Positions 57,762-64,000 of a DNA stretch of 64,000 nt are shown piece by piece. Location of the stretch: NCBI GenBank assembly GCA_030295235.1, contig AP026173.1, positions 1 through 64,000 on the forward strand, written 5' to 3'. The DNA comes from Fistulifera solaris. Taxonomy: Eukaryota. The notes below the pieces were generated by a model, which worked only from the letters and a program-made list of their open reading frames with translations, did no database searches and was not told where the DNA came from. Positions within the stretch are counted from its first letter, which is position 1; each line of letters begins with the position of its first letter. A program made the translations under genes and the position numbers.

Positions 57762-58767
57762 ATGGAGGAGGGAAATAAGAGTCAACAAAAATTGAAAACA
57801 TCATCAAATTTATCAACGGATGCAACAGTATCGGAAGACAAAAAGCCGGCAAGCGGAGAAAGAGCACTAGATGAGCAAAGTTCGGTTGCCTATAGTTTTC
57901 CGTACAGCTGGGAAGCCATGTCAGTCTCTTCTCTTTTCAGTCAACAACAACATCAGCAGCAACATCAACAGTTTCATCCATCGTTCCACTCATTCCACAC
58001 CAGCGGCTATGAGACCCAGCCTCACCATTACTATGCGCAAGGTGAACCACAATTACAGTACTTTCAATCGCATCAAGGAAATATCCAATCTTCCTTCCAA
58101 GACGACCCGCAATCGCTAGATCACTCGCAGCAACTTTACTTTCAACATCCCCAGCAAGACCTTTTAGAAGCACAAAATAGTCCTCTTCGATCCAATTACT
58201 TTTCCACTCCTCGAAATGACTCTACCATTCACGTGGCAGCGGGTAAGAGTCCCACTGAAAATGTAAGTTGTTTGTTGCCAATATCAAGCATTCTTCTCGC
58301 CTATCCCATACACATAAAACCTCACAGGAATATTTGTGATCTTTGAATCGATCGATCATTAACAAAGATGAACTTGGCGAGAAAGTTCTTGGTGCATCAT
58401 GAGATCGTCTATTTGAGTGCATTCGACGCTGCAATTGTGATTGCTATCGATGCCGCGCTGTTATTGCAGCGATCAAAATATGCTACCATCGTTCGGTACG
58501 TCATCTGTTGCGGGTGTTAATGATATCTCGCTGATTGCTTAGGTCACATTCCATACTTATCTTTGTTTCCGTTATATCACGCGTATCACGCAAAGAGTCG
58601 AGACCGATACCGAGGATCGCGTCGAAATGCAACAACGCAATCGTAATGATTCGTCTCCTTCGTTCGCACCTATTGTCAAGCGACCCCAGATTCGTATAAC
58701 GCTACAACGCAATGAAGAATTTGTGCATTGGCTTACTGAAAACAAGAATGATGCTGGGGCGATTTAA
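57762..58767 (+). CDS. Alba-domain protein, paralog 4, with a Gln/His-rich N-terminus; introns ~58263-58367 and 58496-58595
   Basis: TIHVAAGKSPTEN | MNLARKFLVHHEIVYLSAFDAAIVIAIDAALLLQRSKYATIV | RVETD...KRPQIRITLQRNEEFVHWL. The internal and last exons are absent from the ORF track. Confidence 0.75.
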
Positions 58768-59723
58768 CGGAAGGATGCTCGATCCAATATCAGGACGCTC
58801 TATGTAATTGAAACGGACGTTGTGCTGTGTCTAATTTCGTGTGAGTTACAACTATGAACAACGTTACATAAAGAATGAAGTCAACATAGAAACGCCAAGC
58901 TCATCGTGTTTACTAGAGACCCCTCCGTCGCTTTCCTGTTGTGTCGTTTTATGTGTTGCTCGAGAAAGAATAATGATTCATGACTGAAGTGCAGTCGTGG
59001 CGAAAGCGGACAACATTTTGGTTCATAGTAAATGCAAACGACATCATTTGGAAGGCTTTTTGACGCAAAATAGAAAGTCGTACAAAAGAAAACAATGCAA
59101 AGGACTATTTCATGGCAACAAAGACAAATGGAGCTCAAAAAAAACCAACAAATAAATTGTAGGTAAAATTGCCACTCGAGAGCATATCGATTCATTCATG
59201 ACTGAAAAGCAGGAAAAGCTGAACCAACACTGTGGCCTATAGTAAATAACCTTACTGTTTTTTGACTCAGACGGAGATTCTGAGGTGCTCTATTCTTTCT
59301 CATTTACCGACCCTCATCATTTCTTTACACTAGATCCTTTCTCAGCATCTCGCCTTTGCGGCTGGGGAGCTTTTTAAGACTCCCAGGCATTAGATTCATA
59401 GATTTTTTTATTGCCTCGGCGTCTCTCTGGTATTTTGTGCGATGTCGTGACTAGATTTAGTCACGCTGTAGCGCGCGATAAAATGCGCGCGAAAAATGCT
59501 GACTCACAAAACATGCAGTCTCAAAAAGTGACATCCATCCAAGCATCACAATCGTTCTTTCTCACACAATTCAAGTGTTTTCATAATCGCCTTGATGTTA
59601 TCTTTCTACCAGCTCATCCCTATCAAATACTAACATCCGACTGTCGTCTCCCTTTACCGTTATTACATGTACTTTCGGTTGTTTGTATTGTCAACATTGC
59701 TTTGTTTTACATTAACTATCAGC

Positions 59724-61351
59724 ATGTCGACCGTTGCCAAGAAAGCCTCTTGTCAAGCCGTCTATTACTGGTTTCGCAACGATCTACGCTTACATGATCA
59801 TCCCGCACTGACCGCCGCCATCCAACGAGCGTCGCAATTGCAAGTTCCTCTCATTCCAGTCTACTGCTTTGATCCGCGTTACTTCGGCTCCGAAGCTTAT
59901 TCGGAATACGGAAGTTGGAAGTGCAGTCCTCGCCGTGCGCAATTTGTGTTGGAATCTGTCAGTGATTTACAACAGCGTCTTATGAATGCGGGCTCGAATT
60001 TGGTTGTCGTCACGCGACAAACTCCGGAAGACTACTTTATGACATGCAAAACGACCCATCACCCAAAGGCGTTTCTCTTTTATCAGGAAGAAGTATGTCG
60101 GGAGGAAACGACGATTGCCAAGAAAGTGACTCAACACTTTGATCGACAAAATGTACAGGCTATTTGGGGTTCCACACTCTACGAATTATCGGAATTGCCG
60201 TATTACGATGCTCCCGAGTCCATGCCCGATACTTTTACTCCGTTCCGTAACAAGGTCGAAAAGAAATGTGTCATCCCCAAGCCATTACCCGCACCCACGA
60301 AATTACCACCGTTTCCAGCCGATTTGACAACACAGCCCGCATCGAAATTGACCTTGGCGGACATTGGATACGAGGGAATGTTGGAGAAGTTGTCACACGA
60401 TCCACGTGGTGTCATGGAATTTGTGGGAGGTGAAACGGCCGGTTTGGCACGGGTCAAAGATTACATTTGGACCAAAGATTTATTGCGTCACTATTTTGAT
60501 ACCCGCAATGGTATGCTGGGTGCCGACTATTCGTCCAGAATTTGCACCGTGGCTGGCCCACGGATGCATTTCACCCCGCTTTGTCGCACAACAGTGTCAA
60601 CGGTATGAACAAGAACGCGTCGAAAACAAATCGACTTACTGGTTGATCTTTGAATTATTGTGGAGGGACTTTTTCAAATTCTTTGCTTGGAAACATGGGG
60701 ATACCTTGTTTCCAGCCCGGTGGTACGATTCAAAGCACGAAGCGTTGGAAAACGTTTGAGAAATCCTTGCAAGCGTGGAAGGAAGGAAAGACCGGGTATC
60801 CCTTGGTCGATGCGAATATGCGCGAACTAAACGCCACGGGGTTTATGAGCAATCGAGGCCGTCAGAATGTTTGCTCCTTCTTGTGCTTGGAATTAATGCA
60901 AGATTGGCGCTTGGGAGCTGATTACTTTGAGAGCACATTGTTGGACTACGACGTCTATTCCAACTGGGGTAACTGGTGCTCGGGAGCTGGTATGACTGGC
61001 GGACGTATCAATCGTTTTAATATTGTGAAACAATCCAAGGACTACGATCAGCACGGAGAATATGTCAAGCACTGGTTGCCCGAGTTAAAAAACGTTCCAG
61101 CGAATCTTGTGCATGAACCGTGGAAAATGACGCAGTTTCAACAAACGGAATACAATTGTCGACTAGGTGTCGACTATCCTCATCCCATTGTGAAACCGTT
61201 TGATGCAACGCCCAAGCAGGGACCCGACACTAAAGGAGGACGCGCGAACGGACAAAAGGGTAAGCTGGATACTAACAATCCGAACCGCAGTCGAGGACAA
61301 CGAAGGGATATGAAAAGTCTCAACAAAGGATCCTATAGAGTCGAAGGCTAA
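59724..61351 (+). CDS. CRYD: Cryptochrome DASH (photolyase family), two frameshifts
   Basis: [77 protein letters not shown]. Confidence 0.93.
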
Positions 61352-61741
61352 GTAATTAATAACTCATGATTACGATGCACCTAGCTTCCAAGGACGCCCT
61401 AGTTTACGGAAAACTTAGATTGAATATGCCATGCAAGAGACTCTAGCTAGAGTATGACAGACAAGGCATTATGACTCAGGAGTCGGGAGCAGGCTATTGA
61501 ACTGCTCCTATCTTTGGTAGGCCTCGTAGACTAGTCTAAGTCGTTAGCCTAACGGCAACAAAAGGGCTAGATCGACATGAAGCCTTGAGCCTAAAAAACA
61601 GCCTTAGGCTGTTTCAAACGTGTTTCTCACGCGCTTTTCGCTTTCGCCCATTATTTTCGAAAACAACGCCCTTGAACAAATTACTTCACATGCGTTGCAT
61701 CGGATAACATTGACTAGCATTCGAGTAGACGCGATTTAAAG

Positions 61742-63138
61742 ATGCAAGATTGCTGGTACCGACAAGTTCCGGACGATGAACTCACTGAAACGCAACGACA
61801 GATCGGCGACAGCAGTGAATCGGCAAACCATCTTTGTATGATCCGATCACCGACGTGTCTTCAAGATGTTTTGCAGATTATGGACAAGAAGACCATTCTA
61901 TGGGGACTGGAAGGATCTATTACATTGGCAGACAGCGACTTCATTGACGAGTGTTGTAGCTCGTTACGAGTCGGGCGAGTCGGCGGAGTACGATTTGTGA
62001 TATACGGATCATCCGATCACGTGGTGGCGCAAATCGCATCTTTCCTTTGGAGTCTACATGACCGCGATGACGAATCGGACTTTATTGTCATTAATTATGG
62101 CTTTCGCAATATGTTTGATTTTTCGGTCGTTACCCCGCAGCAATTGGCTTCTCTTTTGAGAACAACCCAAGCAGAAAAACGCATTTGCACAGATTGTCAG
62201 TGAATCCCAATCAGGCGTCGGTTCTTGCCTCGCAGCCCTTCCAGATATATCTGAGGCTAGCGGATTGTGTCTTTCTATCGGAAGATCAAACATTTCTGGA
62301 AGTCTTAGAACGTCGAACTTCGCCTTTCGGCAATTTAAGACTGCCTGGTGATAATCCGTTTGCACCGGGCACACAGAGTCGGCTGTTCGAACTGCCAACT
62401 CTCGACTTCCTCTCTATTTGTCCAGCTGCCCTCGAAAGCAAAAACATGTTGCTGTCGCCTTTTTCTTCCAAAGTAGACAAACTCAAATTTTGCTTGGACG
62501 AAACAGACGATCAATGGCGCCATGTGAAATCGGTCAACATCGTTCCCAAGAAGTGTGTCTTAAAAGTCCAGTGCAAGTGCTACGGCTTTCCATCGGTCTT
62601 TTTACAAGCCACGGGCCATCTGTCCGAACTAGGACTGATCTATTCTTGTGTTACTCCCTCAAAGCAAGAACTTGCCGATTTAGCAACGGCCGTCGACACG
62701 AATCAAAATCTGCAAGGTCTCGAGATTGGAACTGTGGATCGACACTGGGTATCCTCTTGGCAAAATCTCATGACTGTCCTCGCACGCCATAACAGCCTTC
62801 ATACTTTGAAACTGAAAGTTTCCATTGATGCCACCAGGACTCACCGATTCGCCAAGCTTTGCCGCGGTCTTCTTTGGATGCTGACGGAAAATCACAAAAT
62901 CGACGTCATTATCGTTTCGCCAAGCAAAGGTGTCAACATTATTTGGAATGAGGCATTGCATGAAAGATTGACACTCAATCGATTCTTGCGTGGCTGCAAG
63001 GCACTCACAAGGGAGGTAGAACTGAATCGCTTGGCACTCTTGGGTTCAGCATTGATGGAATATATGAAACACGATACTCGCCGCACCGCCGCCTTGCTCG
63101 CCGACAATATTGATGCGATTTGTGTATTGTTGCAATAA
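61742..63138 (+). CDS. Orphan LRR/RNI-like family protein, copy 2 (frameshift at ~62185)
   Basis: C-terminal LNRFLRG...RLALLGSAL...LLADNIDAICVLLQ. Confidence 0.65.
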
Positions 63139-63270
63139 ATATCATGGTGCGCAGAATGAAGTTTTAGAACTAAGAATTCATGCTTCATGCATGACAGAAT
63201 ACAATCTATGTAGATTTCACAAGTATCACCGTCATCCGCAATGGGTCTCTCTGCAATCGACTTATTTCGT

Positions 63271-64000
63271 TTATTGTCCATATTCAGCTTGAAGTAAAAC
63301 GCATATTACATCCACATGCTCCGACAGAAGCAACGACAAGCTTTTATGATCATCATGCATTACTTTCGTGATAGCTCTACTAAGCAACAAAATTCGATGA
63401 TGTTCGTTTTCACGTGTTATCGATCGACTCCCTTGGCGAAAGCGATTAAATTGAACCAATTTCTCTAGATCATCCATCCACTTCTCTCTTTGTTCGCTGA
63501 CCACGTTAACATCAATTAAAATACAATTCATCTTTACCATGGACAAAAGTGCGTCGATCCGTCTCCAATCGTCAACAACTAGATTGCCACCATCAAATGA
63601 AGAACGAAAATAAAGTTTGAGCCTGGTGAGACTACCATGACATTGAATGGCATCCATAAGATCTTGCCACAACCACAGTGACCAATGCCAATCGACTGGC
63701 CCTGCTTCCAATGTTTCCAAAACGGGATTGCGCTGTACGGCTTCGATTAAATGAAGCTGTGTTTCTTCGGTCATTGCGTACGTTGTCACTATTCCCAATT
63801 CGATCAAGTTGATGCTTGCACGGAGAAAGCAGGAAGCAAAACCGAAACAATCCTTGGTCAGCTTCAAAACAAATCGACGTGGAACGATGGTAATTGAATC
63901 AACTTCTTTCCATTCGTCACCCAATACCACCATTTCATACTCTACTTTTTCAGCATGTGCCGTGAATGGTAGTAAGTTGCTTGTACAAGCGGTCCGCGCG
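63271..64000 (-). CDS. Orphan LRR/RNI-like family protein, copy 3 (5' end probably outside the window)
   Basis: Alignable to copy 2: IVPRRFVLK/IVPKKCVLK, VDWHW/VDRHW, NRF..G...RE, DVICVLLQ. Confidence 0.65.
   Translation of the reverse strand, partial: ARTACTSNLLPFTAHAEKVEYEMVVLGDEWKEVDSITIVPRRFVLKLTKDCFGFASCFLRASINLIELGIVTTYAMTEETQLHLIEAVQRNPVLETLEAGPVDWHWSLWLWQDLMDAIQCHGSLTRLKLYFRSSFDGGNLVVDDWRRIDALLSMVKMNCILIDVNVVSEQREKWMDDLEKLVQFNRFRQGSRSITRENEHHRILLLSRAITKVMHDDHKSLSLLLSEHVDVICVLLQAEYGQ

Noticed and set aside
61596..61614. Palindrome AAACAGCCTTAGGCTGTTT upstream of orphan copy 2
   Set aside because: Single isolated hairpin with no second copy or element boundary.

Overview
Eukaryotic chromosome end, most likely from a pennate diatom. 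Evidence for this: a (CCCTAA)n telomere at 1-446, compact genes with short GT-AG introns, and bipartite signal peptide + 'AF' plastid-targeting leaders. The first ~7.8 kb is a subtelomeric block. It holds a fragmented ~4 kb gene, read toward the telomere, that joins Cys/His zinc-finger-like motifs, a tyrosine-recombinase-like fold and a RecQ-type SF2 helicase (telomere-linked-helicase architecture). Centromere-side of it lie two hairpin-rich GC elements and a G-rich minisatellite. This block is the best candidate for an undescribed system. The rest is gene-dense: NMT1/THI5-like protein, double-domain phosphoglycerate mutase, patatin, PH-START fusion, CSRNP, ankyrin-UBA protein, glutaredoxin, disintegrin-mucin, LRR-mucin, a retinoblastoma-related protein with a duplicated N-terminus, a bHLH/F-box fusion, a protein with 14 ubiquitin-like domains, a HugZ/GluTR-binding-like protein, two bZIPs, four Alba paralogs, CRY-DASH and three members of an LRR-like orphan family. 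Non-coding elements include a Helitron nested in a TIR element, a Mutator-type MITE with a 9-bp TSD, a TA-flanked TIR element and a ~4x52-bp higher-order palindromic satellite. Many conserved genes carry single frameshifts, probably assembly indels, so pseudogene calls are uncertain. All protein calls come from reading motifs by eye; no database search was run.
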